A stretch of 64,000 nucleotides of DNA from the NCBI GenBank assembly GCA_030390025.1, contig JASTWF010000036.1, positions 2,294,001-2,358,000 of the forward strand, given 5' to 3'. Each line of letters begins with the position of its first letter. The stretch's first letter is position 1. Source of the stretch: Squalus acanthias. Lineage: Eukaryota. This document shows positions 1 to 12,832 of this stretch, one piece after another. A program made the translations under genes and the position numbers. The notes beneath the pieces are model-generated. The model was not told the DNA's origin. It saw only the letters and a list, made by a program, of their open reading frames with translations, and made no database searches.

Positions 1-519
1 TTGAAATGCCTTGCCGGGTTCGGCTCCCACTACCAGGCTCACCTGACCCTCCCGTTAATATCGAAGCCATGATACCCAGTTCAGATCACAACTGTTAGCC
101 CCTGGGCTATGCCGTCACATAGGTAGATATTGGTCAGCATGGGCACTAAACATAAAGTGCAGGGATCGTGTATGGAAGTGACCAGTATCATTGAACCGGA
201 GGAAATATCTGAGACAGACCTGAAATTTGTAACACCAACATTGCTTGTGCACAAATAATACATGAGTACAAGAGTGAGGACACAATAAATAAATAACTAC
301 TCATTTTAGCGAGCACTTTCCCAAGGCTGTTTATACCCAAGTACAAAATCAATGAATGAAGGGTCAGACAAGTGATAGCCATCAGTCGCAGATACTATTT
401 GACAGCATCTAGCAGTAGAAAAAAATTCTCCCCACTCCCAGCAGGTTATTCACTGGACAGTATATGTAATGGAAATGACATTCAACTCTCTTATTTTTCT
501 TCACTCCAGTTTTCTCTCC

Positions 520-620
520 TAACCTCCTCCAGGCCTACAACCCTCCGAGATCTCTGCGCTCCTCCAATTCTGGCCTCTTGTGCATCCCTGATTTTGATCA
601 CTCCACCCTCAGCCTTCAGC
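520..620 (+). mobile_element. L2 LINE 3' fragment
   Basis: CCTCCAGGCCTACAACCCTCCGAGATCTCTGCGCTCCTCCAATTCTGGCC matches the L2 3' region seen at 4288-5437 and 28706-29207. Confidence 0.75.
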
Positions 621-2220
621 CACGTCTACATTGCCACACTAATCTCAGCAGCTTAACCCATTCTTCATCGCCCCTTGTGATGGCTGATGAAACCTGTAGA
701 TAATTAATATTCATGTCTTTCCTTTCCTCCCACCCCCCCCTTTCTTCCTCTCTTTCGAGGACACCGATTCGTGCTGGAGGACAGTTCTACCGCAGCTTCC
801 CACCCCTTGGTATCTCACCGAACAGGCCATTCTTAATGGTGAGACTCGACACAGAGCGTTGGCAATTGTAGTGCCCAACTGCTGGTCGAACAATTGCTGA
901 TCTTTCAGTCCTGCCTTCCCGAACACTCTCCTTAAATCATTCCGCCTCACCACTTCTCCAAAAGCCTCTGAAAATGTATCTAATCACATGGACTACATAG
1001 TTGGTCCTCTTAATTTTGCTTGTTCGCTCTCAGCGTCCTATTTCCCCTCATTACACGTCCTGTGACCTTCTCCTAGGCAAGTGGCGCTTTACAAAAATAC
1101 GGTTTAAAAAAAGAAAATACAAATAAGAAAAAAGGTTCGAAAATAGAAGGATTGTGATGTCGCACAAATGAAATCCAGCCTTTATCTGGACGTTATGCTG
1201 TTTTAATATAGTGAACATTGTGATTTTGCTGCATAAATAACCTTGTACCAGTCACGCAATGCAATATCACATTGACACCACTGCACTAAGCAGATTTACA
1301 ACAGTACGTGGCTCAGAGGCAGTTTGAATAGATTCATTTTTTCCTTCCAGTAAATAAATAGATTCAAATCCTATCCTCCAACGTATTTTTTTTTAAGGAG
1401 CTGATATTTAAAAACCTGTACCATTTCCATGGAAGGCCTTAAGAGCTCGAAAGCAAGAAACAGTCCCTGAAATTGTGCTTTTGTCATCAGAATGCGCACA
1501 ACATTATGCTCAAGGGAACGGTTAATAAATGCCAGATCCTCAAACTTTTGATTCTTTCTTACCCCAGTGCCCCTCACCGCTGAGGTCTCTGTTCTTTGGT
1601 GAGATTTAATTCCTTCCTCACCTGGGCAATCTCACAGCTCGCTTTTCCCATCTGACCATATTACTCAACTACTCTTAAGTCAGTCCCAAGGGGACCCATT
1701 AACCTTAGGCAGCCTTGCTCATGTCAGGGGTCCCAGCAACTTTGACACTTAAATATAGGATGATGCAGAGATGGGAACGTGCTACAAGGCAGCAATGCCT
1801 CAGGGGTTAGGGGGCGCAAGGGACTTCCTAACGCATGATGGCAACCAACATCTTCTGAATCCTTGCAATGTTCCATATAATACAGCCCAATAAATTAGTT
1901 TTCATTTTCTTCGAAGGGTGATTCAAAGCAGAAGGCAGACTCTAGTTACCTTGTACTATGTGATTCAACCTACAGTTTTATCTCACTATATTTTATATAT
2001 CAATAAAACAGTTCTTTTTCCAAGTACAAGTGTCACAGATTATATAGAAATAGTATTACCCTTAATAAACCTTCATATAAGACAATAACTCGGTATGTCC
2101 CTGAAAATTCCTTTGAGGAAAATAAGATTTTTTTTAAAAAAAAGATCAGTAGTTCAGCCACTTATCTATTCAAAATAATTTTGTCAGGGGAAAAATACTA
2201 AATTAACATGCCTAAAGGAA

Positions 2221-3160
2221 GTTGGGGATTCGCAAGAGGCCAGAATTGGAGGAGTGCAGAGATCTCAGAGGGTTGGAGGAGGTTACAGAGATAGGGAGGG
2301 GCGAGGCCATGGAGTGATTTGAACATGAGGATGAGAATTTTGAAATCGAGGCGTTGCTTCACCGGGAGCCAATGTAGAAACATAGAAACATAGAATCTAG
2401 GAGCAGGAGTAGGCCATTCGGCCCATCGAGCCTGCTCCACCATTCAATACGATCATGGCTGATCATCCAAATCCAGTACCCTGTCCCTGCTTTAATCCCC
2501 ACAGTACACATATCCCACCCTACCCCCGTAACCCCACGTATTTAATTCCCCCTAACATATCCCATCCTATCCCCATAACCCCACATATTTAATCCCCCCC
2601 TAACACTAAGGGTCAATTTATCATAGCCAAATCAACCTAACCCGCACATTTTTGGACTGTGGGAGGAAACCGGAGCACCCGGAGGAAACCCACGCAGACA
2701 CAGGGAGAATGTGCAAACTCCACACCGACAGTCACCCGAGGTCAGATTCGAACCCGGGTCCCTGGCGCTGTGAGGCACCAGTGCTAACCACTATGCCACC
2801 GTGTTGCCAAATGTAGGTCGGCGAGCACAGGGGTGATGGGCGAACAGGACTTGGTGCGAGTTAGGACACGGGCAGCCGAGTTTTGGATGAACTCAAGTTT
2901 ACGGAGGGTGGAATGTGGGAGGCTGGCCAGGAGTGCGTTGGAATAGTCGAGTCTAGAAGTAACAAAGGCATGGATGAGGGTTTCAGCAGCGGATGAGCTG
3001 AGGCAGGGGCGGAGTCGGGCGATGTTACGGAGGTGGAAATAGGCGGTCTGAGTGATGGAGAGGATGTGTGGTTGGAAGCTCATCTCAGGGACAAATAGGA
3101 TGATGAGATTGTGAACAGTCTGGTTTAGTTTGAGACACCGGCCGGGAAGAGGGATGGAGC
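2221..3160 (-). mobile_element. L2 LINE ORF2 C-terminal fragment, split by a V-SINE
   Basis: Translations HLRNIARLRP..LIHAFVTSRLDYSNALL..QNSAARVL and LHWLPVKQRLDFKIL are typical of L2 ORF2; the two halves are collinear across the SINE. Confidence 0.9.
2378..2808 (-). mobile_element. HE1-like V-SINE (tRNA head, V-domain, CR1-type tail)
   Basis: A-box TGGCATAGTGG, B-box GGTTCGAATC, V-domain TGTGGAGTTTGCACATTCTCCC..GTGGGTTTCCTCCGGGTGCTCCGG, (TTTCTATG)n tail; AATGTAG repeated at 2371-2377 and 2810-2816 (probable TSD). Confidence 0.9.
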
Positions 3161-4287
3161 TTTGTTTTATTTTGTTCCAAATTGGAATGATGGTGACTGG
3201 AAACACTTCCACCTTTTGCATTGGGAGTCAGCATCACAGCCTTTGAGTAGGTGTAACACTGGCCAGAAACGGAGTAAAGCTCCATTTATTCTTCCTCAAC
3301 CTCTATGGTGCTCCTGCTACCAGTGAGACATTTCCATTTCAAACAACTGCCACCTTTATGTCTTCTCCAAGTAAGACTGTCAATTTAACACCAATTTGAT
3401 GCCACATTACAGGGTGCTGTGGTGTAGACGTGCACTCATTATTTTGAGAAGGGATCGCCAGCTACTGGAACCATTTTAAATGACAACACACAACCTAAGT
3501 CGAATGAATCGCTACCCTTGGGCTGATTGTCAAGATTTGTCTGTCCGATTTTGTCGCAGAACCTCCCATCAGCTAATTTTACTGACAAATCTGTGGCAGC
3601 TAGGGTTTAAATTCTGCATCAGATAGACACAAATGGTCCAATAAGTTGCAGTCAAAATGGAAGTGTTGGATGTTTGAGACATTCAAAGACCTCAGCAAAT
3701 AGAAAACAAAAGACCTTGTTTCACCTCATCCTGTTGAAATCAGGACTTTGCAGCATTTCTTTGGGGGAAGAAATTCGACGTGCGTCCAAAGCGGGCACAA
3801 AGCTGGCAGAGCGACCACACTGCGTGCCAAACCGTGGCGGCCTGCGGCCCGAGCTAAATTCACCGTTGGGCTTCATTTAAATGGAAAACCAGGCCATGCA
3901 CAGCTGGTGGTTCTCCCTCCCTTGGTCCAGCTCTCCATTATTTCGACAGCTTCACTCTCAGCAGTGCCAAGCGCTGTTACATGATAAATAAAACATGGAA
4001 AAACAATTACCATTGTTTGTACGCGTGGACTCATCGATGAAATATTTATTGTATAAACATGCAATTAAGGTTACATTTACACTGCAACATCAGCATAATG
4101 CAGTAGCGAGATCGAGGTTGCAGTATAACTGTAGCGTTTGGTCCCCAGCTGAGTCCAGAGGGGAGCAGCACGAGACTTCTAGTGGAGATGGTCTCACGCA
4201 ACGTTTGGTACAATTCCGTAAATAGTGTCAAATTGGGTTTAAGAAACACTCAGGAATTCCCTCAGACTGTCTCAGGCAAGGCCTCAG

Positions 4288-5437
4288 TTTTAAAATTCTC
4301 ATCCTTGTGTTCAAATCCCTCCATGGCCTCGCCCCTCCCTATCTCTGTAATCTCCTCCAGCCCCACAACCCTCCAAGTTCTCTGTAAACTCCTCCAGCCC
4401 CCTATAACCCTCCCTATCTCTGTAACCTCCTCCAGCCCCCTACAACCCTCCCTATCTCTGTAACCTCCTCCAGCCCCCTATAACCCTCCCTATCTCTGTA
4501 ACCTCCTCCAGCCCCACAACCCTCCCTATCTCTGTAACCTCCTCCAGCCCCCTACAACCCTCCCTATCTCTGTAACCTCCTCCAGCCCCCTACAACCCTC
4601 CCTATCTCTGTAACCTCCTCCAGCCCCTACAATCCTCCCATCTCTGTAACCTCCTCCAGCCCTACAACCCTCCCTATCTCTGTAACCTCCTCCAGCCCCA
4701 CAACCCTCCAAGTTCTCTGTAACCTCCTCCAGCCCCCTACAACCCTCCCTGTCTCTGTAACCTCCTCCAGCCCCCTACAACCCTCCCTATCTCTGTAACC
4801 TCCTCCAGCCCCCTACAACCCTCCCTATCTCTGTAACCTCCTCCAGCCCCCTACAACCCTCCCTATCTCTGTAACCTCCTCCAGCCCCTACAATCCTCCC
4901 TATCTCTGTAACCTCCTCCAGCCCTACAACCCTCCCTATCTCTGTAACCTCCTCCAGCCCCACAACCCTCCAAGTTCTCTGTAACCTCCTCCAGCCCCCT
5001 ACAACCCTCCCTGTCTCTGTAACCTCCTCCAGCCCCCTACAACCCTCCCTATCTCTGTAACCTCCTCCAGCCCCCTACAACCCTCCCTATCTCTGTAACC
5101 TCCTCCAGCCCCACAACCCTCCAAGTTCTCTGTAACCTCCTCCAGCCCCACAACCCTCCAAGTTCTCTGCGCTCCTCCAGTTCTGCCCTCTTGCGCATTT
5201 CCCCATTTCCATCACTCCACCATTGGTGGCCGTGCCTTCAGCTGCCTGGGCCCTAAGCTCTGGAATTCCCTCCCTAAACCTCTCTGCCTCTCTCTCCTTC
5301 TTTAAGACGCACCTTAAAACCTACCTCTAACTGCCCTAATATCGCCTTATGTGGCTCGGTGTCTGATAACACTCCTGTGAAGCGCCTTGGGACGTTTTAC
5401 TATGTTAATGGTGCTCTATAAATGCAAGTTGTTGTTG
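4288..5437 (+). mobile_element. L2 LINE 3' end with internal minisatellite expansion
   Basis: L2 3' sequence on both sides of the array; ends ..TATAAATGCAAGTTGTTGTTG. Confidence 0.9.
4334..5170. repeat. ~37-38-bp minisatellite (CTCCCTATCTCTGTAACCTCCTCCAGCCCCCTACAACC), about 22 units
   Basis: Direct tandem array; the unit is present once in other L2 copies (e.g. ~28845-28880). Confidence 0.95.
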
Positions 5438-6374
5438 CTATAAGGCACCTTCTAAACCTACCCAGGGCTTATTCAAATGCCTTAAGACTGAGGACACCCT
5501 TGTCTGTAGTCGCAATACATTTAAAATTTAATGGCTGGAAGTGGATAAGCACACATGCACAGATTTCTCTCTTCAGCTGTGAGAATTCGAATTGGAGCCA
5601 GATGGTATAAACAAGACACTGCCTGGCTGCAACCCAGCTTCCAATCAAAGACTGATAGCTACAATATAAATGAATCCTGAAAGCTTTTAACATATTCTGG
5701 AGCGGGGTAATAAAACTATTAAGGAATTGTATTAAACTGGACATACGGTGGCCAAAGTACCACATCACCAAATCTCAATTCTGATGACATGGTCAAAGGC
5801 ATCTGATCCGAATTTAATTTAAAAATAAAGTGTTCTGTTGCTCATTTTAATGCCTATTGAAGTTTAATTAAAAAAAGTAACGCAATCGCATTTTAGATCA
5901 ACGACCCCAACTACCCTCTGGGAATAAAAAAGTTCCCACATGTGCTAATTAAACACCTTGGCATTTAATCAGCATGCAAGGGCCGTTAATTGCCTGCTAC
6001 TCTTGGGTTTGACATTTATTGCTTAATTAAACCCAACATACAGTTCACTGTTGGTTTGTAAGCTCCTGCGTTTGATTGCCATGCCTTTTTTTCCCCACTG
6101 ATCATGAAGCATTTCCCACTTCCCCACACACAACGCAGTCCATCCCAATCAGCATTCCCAAACTTGTCGTTCCTCAGGTTTTACTTACCCAAGATTTGGA
6201 GAGGTGTGACTTTTTGTAGGCTGCAACTTATTAAAGAGAGATGAACAAGAGTGAGGAAGAACAGGAAGGGTGGAATGAGGGCGAGCGGGATAAGACAACT
6301 GAAAATGCAACAGGAATGGAAATAAAATTTAGATCAAAAGGGACTTCCATTTTGGCAAAGGGGACTCCCCTAAT

Positions 6375-6610
6375 CTTATAGAGGAATACAAGATAGTTAC
6401 CAGTATGGAAAAGGTAAGTACAGCAAATTACTTCAAAGTAAACCGAGTGAATAGGACAAAGGACACAGATTCAAACTAGTAAAAGGCAAGTCCAGGACTG
6501 ATGTCAAGAAGTCCTTTGCACACGGAATGGACTTCCAGATAGTGGAGTGGAGACAAAAACCCAGCAATGGAGGGGACAGGGCTTTAGGATCTTCCTTGAC
6601 GGATGAACTA
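6375..6610 (+). mobile_element. old CR1 LINE 3' fragment
   Basis: AGGACAAAGGACACAGATTCAAACTAG..AGGACTGATGTCAAGAAG resembles the CR1 RTRGHxxKL..RTDVRK motif. Confidence 0.6.
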
Positions 6611-7147
6611 AAATGGGCCAGAAGGCCTTTGATAAAGTCCCACATAAGAGGTTAGTGTGCAAAATTAAAGCACATGGGATTGGGGGTAATATACTGGCAC
6701 GGACTGAAAACTGGTTAACAGACAGGAAACAGAGAGTAGGAATAAATGGGTCTTTTTCGGGGTGGCAGGCAGTGACTAGTGGGGTACCGCAGGGATCAGT
6801 GCTTGGGCCCCAGCTAGTCACAATATATATCAATGATTTGGATGAGGGAACCAAATGTAATATTTCCAAGTTTGCTGACGACACAAAACTAGGTGGAATT
6901 GAGAGTTGTGAGGAGGCTGCAAAGAGCCTTCAAGGCGATTTAGACAAGTTGAGTGAGTGGGCAAATACATGGCAGATGCAGTAGAACGTGGATAAATGTG
7001 AAGTTATCCACTTCGGTAGGAAAAACAGAAAGGCAGAGTATTATTTAAATGGTGATAGATTGGGAAATGTTGATGTACAGAAGGACCTGGGTGTCCTTGT
7101 CTTCTTCTTAGGCAGTCCCTCGGAACCGAGGATGACTTGCTTCCATA

Positions 7148-9266
7148 TTAAAAATGAGTTCTCAGGTGACTGATGAGTCCAATGCAGGACCTACAGTCTC
7201 TGTCACAGGCGGGGCAGACGGTGGTTGAAGGGGCGGGTGGGTGGGGTGCTTGGGTTGACGTGCGCTCCTTGCGCTGCCTGCGCTTGGCTTCCGCTTGCTC
7301 CCGGCGAAGAGACTCGAGGTGTTCGGCACCTTCACGGATGCTTCTCCTCCACTTTGTGCGGTCTTGGGCCAGGGATTCCCAGGTGTCGGTGGGGATGTTG
7401 CACTTTTTCAAGGAGGCTTTGAGGGTGTCCTTGAAGCATTTCCTCTGCCCACCTGGGGCTCTCTTGCCGTGCCGGAGCTCCGAGTAGAGCGCTTGTTTTG
7501 GGAGTCTCGTATCGGGCATGCGGACAATGTGATCCGTCCATCGGAGCTGATTGAGCGTGGGCAAAGCTTCGATGTTGGCCTGAGCGAGAACACTGACGTT
7601 GGTGCGCCTATCCTGCCAATGGATTTGCAGGATCTTGCGGAGACAGTGTTGGTGGTACCTCTCCAGTGCTTTGAGGTGCCTGCTGTACATGGTCCATGTC
7701 CCTGAGGCATACAGCAGGGCGGGTATCACTGCTGCTCTGTAGACCATGAGCTTAGTGCTGGGTTTGAGGTCCTGGTCTTCAAACACTCTCTTCCTCAGGC
7801 GACCGAAGGCTGCACTGGCACACTGAAGGCGGTGTTGGACTTCGTCGGCGACGTCTGCCCTTGTTGACAGTAGGCTCCCGAGGTATGGAAAGTGGTCCAC
7901 GTTGTCCAAGGCCTTGTCGTGGATTTTGATAATCGGGGGGCAGTACTATGTGGCAGGGGCAGGTTGGTAGAGGACCTTTGTCTTACGGATGTTTAGTGTA
8001 AGGCCTATGCTCTCGTCTCGTACGCTTCGGTGAAGGTGTTGACGATGGTTTGGAGTTTGACCTCCAAGTGAGCGCAGACGCAAGCGTCGTCTGCATACTG
8101 TAATTCGATGACAGAGGATGGGACGACCTTGGATCTGGACTGGAGGCGACGGAGGTTGAACAGTTTCCCGTTTGTTCTGTAGATTAGCTCCACTCCAGTG
8201 GGGAGCTTACTGAGGGTGAGATGGAGCATTGCAGCAAGGAGATCGAGAAGAGCGTTGGTGCGATGACACAGCCTTGCTTGACCCCGGTCCGTACGTGAAT
8301 TGGGTCTGTGGTGGAACCGTTGGTCAGGATCACGGCTTGCATGTTGTTGTGAAGCAGGCGGAGGATGGTGACAAACTTTTGAGGGCAGCCAAATTTGAGG
8401 AGGACACTCCATAATCCCTCATGGTTGACAGTGTCGAAGGCCTTTGTGAGATCAAAGAAGGCCATGTACAGCGGTTGGTGCTGTTCCCTGCATTTCTCTT
8501 GTAATTGACGTGCGGTGAAGATCATGTCCATTGTGCCCCTTAGTGGGCAGAATCCGCATTGCGACTCTGGGAGGAGCTCTTCGGCCACTGGGAGAAGGCG
8601 ATTGAGGAGGATTCTTGCGATGACTTTCCCTGTGGCAGACAGCAGGGAAACTCCTCTGTAATTACCGCAATCGGACTTGTCACCTTTCTTGAAGATGGTC
8701 ACAATTACGGCGTCTGTGAGATCCCCTGGCATGCTCTCCTCCTTCCAGATAAGAGAGATGAGTTCATGATTTCGCGCCAGTAGTGCTTCTCCGCTATGCT
8801 TTAGTGCCTCGGCGGGGATTCCATCTGCTCCTGAGGCCTTGTTGTTCTTCAGTTGTCGGATGGCCTTTTCAACCTCATGCTGGGCTGGGGTTGTGCTGAG
8901 GTGGTGGCGGGTAGCATGCTGCGGGATGGAGTTGAGGACACTCGCGTCGAAGACAGAGTCTCGGTTAAGGAGATCTTCGAAGTGCTCCTTCCAGCGGGCA
9001 CTGACTGCCTCTCTGTCCTTGATGAGTACCTCTCCGTTCTTGGCCCGCAGAGGGGTAGGGCCTTGGGTGCTTGGGCCGTAGGTGGTCTTGACTGCGCTAA
9101 AGAATCCACGCACGTCGTGGTTGTCGGCTAGCTGCTGGATCTCCTGCGCTTTCTCCACCCACCATCTGTTCTTTAGGTCGCAAGTTTTTTGTTGGACCTC
9201 GGCCTTCAGGCGTCTGTAGAGCTGCTTTCTTGCTCTCGAGTTCTGTTGCTGTTTCCAGATCAGCAA
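7148..9266 (-). pseudogene. RTE reverse transcriptase ORF, broken by frameshifts (pieces 8184-9266, 8005-8412, 7148-7909)
   Basis: Three ORF-track pieces in different frames give consecutive RT subdomains and the C-terminal zinc finger. Confidence 0.9.
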
Positions 9267-9417
9267 TGCCTTGCGCTTGCGGCTTATTAGCTCCTGGATC
9301 TCCTGGTCGTTCTCGTCGAACCAGTCTTGGTGTTTTCTGGTCGAGTGATCGAGCGTCTCTTCACAGGTGCTGATTATGGAGGCCTTGAGTGCAGACCAGG
9401 CGCTGTGGGCACTCTGT

Positions 9418-10311
9418 GGGGGAAAAATTCAGTTGGTTGCACCTCCCGTTAGCGCCTTAAGAGGGCGCTAATGGGGCGCAAATCAGCTAGCGCCCAGGCG
9501 CGGCGATGTTTGCGCCGCTCGCGAAATTAACTAGACATTTTGCGGCGGCGCTAAACACTACCACCACAATCTCCTGCGCCGGCAGATCGTGACGTCAGTC
9601 GAGTGCACAATGCCCCGGTATCGCCCTGGAGCGGATATTGAGTGGCGCCCCCTGCCTTACCGCCTGACGCTAGCAACGACAAGTTGAGGGGAGCGTTTTG
9701 CAGTCATGAAGGGACTGGGGGAGCGCTATTTAAAGGCGACCGCTTCCTGCCTTTTATTGTTGGTGCCATTTTTGAACCACGCATTCTGAGAGAGAGGGAG
9801 AGAGACTTCTGGAGAGATTCAACGCTGTGTGAAGGAGTTTTGGGTACTGAGCAGCACTTTGCAGGTTCATTTTAAATCTGCCATTCCTTGTATCGATTTA
9901 GCAGAGATTGTGGGGGCTGCACTCTGAGCTCTTTCCCTGGTACTCTCCATTTTTCTTTACAGCAGATTTGATGTGCAGGTCTCTCCATGCCGAGATTCAA
10001 GGCTGCAATGAGTAGGATGTGGAAGGAAAGCAAGATCAACCATCCCCTTTAAGAACTGTCCCGTGCCATTGTGTGTGTGTTCCATTGCTGAATAACATCA
10101 CATGAGCTTCGCCAGCGCTCTGAGTTAGCGCCTCGCTCCTCGGCCTTTGCGCCTTAAGACAGGTGTGAAGCGTCTGATTTAGCGCTCCAATCACCTCCAG
10201 GGGCGATAAAAGTCAAGTTTGCAGTCGGTGGCGATAATTAGCGCCAGGCGCTAATATTTGCGCCCGGCCGATAATTGCGCCCCAAATGGGGCGATACTGA
10301 ATTTCTCCCCC
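9418..10311. mobile_element. PIF/Harbinger-type MITE, family A, copy 1 (inside the RTE)
   Basis: Terminal inverted repeats (TIRs) GGGGGAAAAATTCAG / CTGAATTTCTCCCCC; 3-bp TSD TGT (9415-9417, 10312-10314); homologous to 43873-44712. Confidence 0.85.
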
Positions 10312-12832
10312 TGTGTCTCTGCATCACTGGGAGTCGTCAGGTTGTTTGTGAGGCGCAGGCTGAATAGGGCTTTCTTAGCGGGGTCTTTGAGTGCTCCAGC
10401 GTTAATTTTCCTGCGGCATTGTTTCTGTTGCCGCTGCTGTTTTGGGGCTACATTGATGAAGATGACAGAGTGGATTAGGCGGTGGATGGCACACAAGATG
10501 GCTCCTGTGCTGGGTGTCCTTGTACACCAGTCGCTGAAAGCAAACATGCAGGTGCAGCAAGCAGTTAGGAAGGCAAATGGTATGTTGGCCTTCATTGCAA
10601 GAGGATTTGAGTACAGGAGCAAGGATGTCTTACTACAGTTGTACAGGGCCTTGGTGAGACCACACCTGGAGTACTGTGTGCAGTTTTGGTCTCCTTACCT
10701 AAGAAAGGATATACTTGCCATAGAGGGAGTGCAGCAAAGGTTCACCAGACTGATTCCTGGGATGGCAGGACTGTCGTATGAGGAGAGATTGGGTCGACTA
10801 GGCCTGTATTCACTAGAGTTTAGAAGAATGAGAGGGGATCTCATTGAAACGTATAAAATTCTGACAGGGCTGGACAGACTGGATGCAGGGAGGATGTTTC
10901 CCCTGGCTGGGGGGTCTAGAACGAGGGGTCACAGTCTCAGGATACGGGGTAGGACATTTAGGACTGAGATGAGGAGTAATTTCTTCACTCAGGGTGGTGA
11001 ACCTGTGGAATTCTCTACCACAGAAGGCTGTGGAGGCCAAGTCACTGAATATATTTAAGAAGGAGATAGATAGATTTCTAGACACAAAAGGCATCAAGGG
11101 GTATGGGGAGAGAGCGGGAATATGGTATTGAGATAGAGGATCAGCCATGATCATATTGAATGGCGGAGGGAGCAGGCTCGAAGGGCCGAATGGCCGACTC
11201 CTGCTCCTATTTTTCTATGTTGCTATGTTTTTTCTAACTCGTCCGCAATGATTTTGTGAACCAACTTCTAGTCCTATGTAGGCCCTCGGTTGCCATTTCA
11301 TTTTGAAGAACATGGCAGGAAAGTGGTGGAATGCCTCAGCACGAGTGTTCGCTCACACTAGGCCGTGGAGAGAGATAAGGAGCGGTTAGATGCCGGAGAC
11401 TGGGGTCTAATATGGCAGGAATTTGGGAGAAGCGGACCCACAGAAAGGGGCGAAAGAAAAATGCATTAAAAACAAACACACATACAACCCCAGCAGGACC
11501 TCAGAACAAAGGGTCACCTGTTCCGTTCGTGTAAAAGAAGCAAATCTACTCACAGATACCAGTAGCAAAGAATCCAGAATTGAAAAGGAACAGAGCCTCG
11601 GAGGTTCCAAGGTTGGATTGGCTTCACGGCAGAGCCCTCGACATTGGTGATGTGCTCAAAGTGAGATTTATGATCAGCAGGAGTGACACAAGTTGCAAAC
11701 CCATTTAAACATACGGAGCCGTGTTTATTTTCTGGACCATTCATCAACATGAGTATTATTTTTAAACCAAAAGAAAGCGATTTGTCACTCCTAATGTGGG
11801 TCCCTTGGCAGGTTCTGTGTAGCAGATCTGAGCCATGAATGCGCCCTCACTGAGCCCTCTTCAACTGAACAACTCAATGGAATTCCTGCCCTTCGGATTT
11901 TGGCGGCAGCTGGAGCTACTTACTCAACAAGTTTATCAGACACGGTTTTCAAATAAAACAATGCAAGTTACTGGAACTGCGTGTTGGAGCAGCCTAGTTG
12001 CTCGGAATCTAGATTCCTAACGGGCAATGTGAGCAAAGTAAAACAAGGATTCGCTTAAAATCACACTATGGGGTCCTACAACCGTGTAGCATCCCGGTTT
12101 GCATATTTAGACAGGCTCCCGCCTGGTTTGGGCAGAAGTGCTGAGTGTCTTTTGAAAAGGCATGCCTGAACATTGAACTAGACTGGAAAATGAGTGTCCA
12201 AGGTCCCCACCAGATTTTCCTCGGCAGCTCGCCCATTTTGCAGGCGGGAAATGAGCAGCCGACATTAAAAGAGCCCCCTCGCCAATTTGTACAGAGCAGA
12301 AATATTTCCAACCAGTTTCTATTTGGATCGAATGCGGCTGAGTTGAAGAAGTTGGATCCTGAAATACGTGTTAGGCACCAACTGGCCATTTTGTTGAAGT
12401 GAAACTTAGGATGTTTGGGCCCAACTTTGAGTTGGGCGATGAAGGCACTCGTCCTGATCCCTCCTAAACCTCTTTCCTTGCTCATGAGCCAAACACTAAT
12501 CTGGACTTTGTGATTGACAGAACAAATAATGAATCGCTGAGGCAAGAGTCAAACCATTAGCACTTGTAATGCAATAAAAGAGGAAACGTGTCTTCAGAAA
12601 ATACTTTGGAAACAAATCGGATTGACTGTCTGGCTTCAGAGAGTGGTTATATGAATTATTGTGAAGTCCTAACTGGTATCTTCTTGACTCCAGCCATGCT
12701 TCTGTTTGCCAATGGAGCTGTTGGATGACACAATCAAATTCTCCTGGTTTTGTGACATAGAGCAGTCACATTAGTAAAAAAAACACCTGAAAGAGTCGTG
12801 CTTCAGAAATACACTTCAGGACTACACAAACG

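Larger units (their letters stand above)
7101..10509 (-). mobile_element. RTE-clade LINE, 5'-truncated, 14-bp TSD
   Basis: TSD CTGGGTGTCCTTGT at 7087-7100 and 10510-10523; 3' tail (GAA)n; RT motifs FFDLTKAFDTV, GVKQGCVIAPTLF, LQYADD; C-terminal CxxC..HxxxH zinc finger. Confidence 0.95.
6619..11230 (+). mobile_element. CR1 LINE (RT to 3' end): 6619-7100 and 10510-11230, split by an RTE insertion
   Basis: KAFDKVPH, SGVPQGSVLGP, KFADDTKL, KDLGVLV | HQSLK..RPHLEYCVQFWSP; in-frame stop at 6982-6984; TTTCTATG tail. Confidence 0.95.

Noticed and set aside
6230..6413. Exon-like segment bounded by TTTTTGTAG and AAGGTAAGT
   Set aside because: Stops in all three frames, and the donor lies inside a decayed CR1
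10258..11058. 266-aa ORF as a gene
   Set aside because: Chance read-through from the MITE end across antisense RTE into CR1 ORF2
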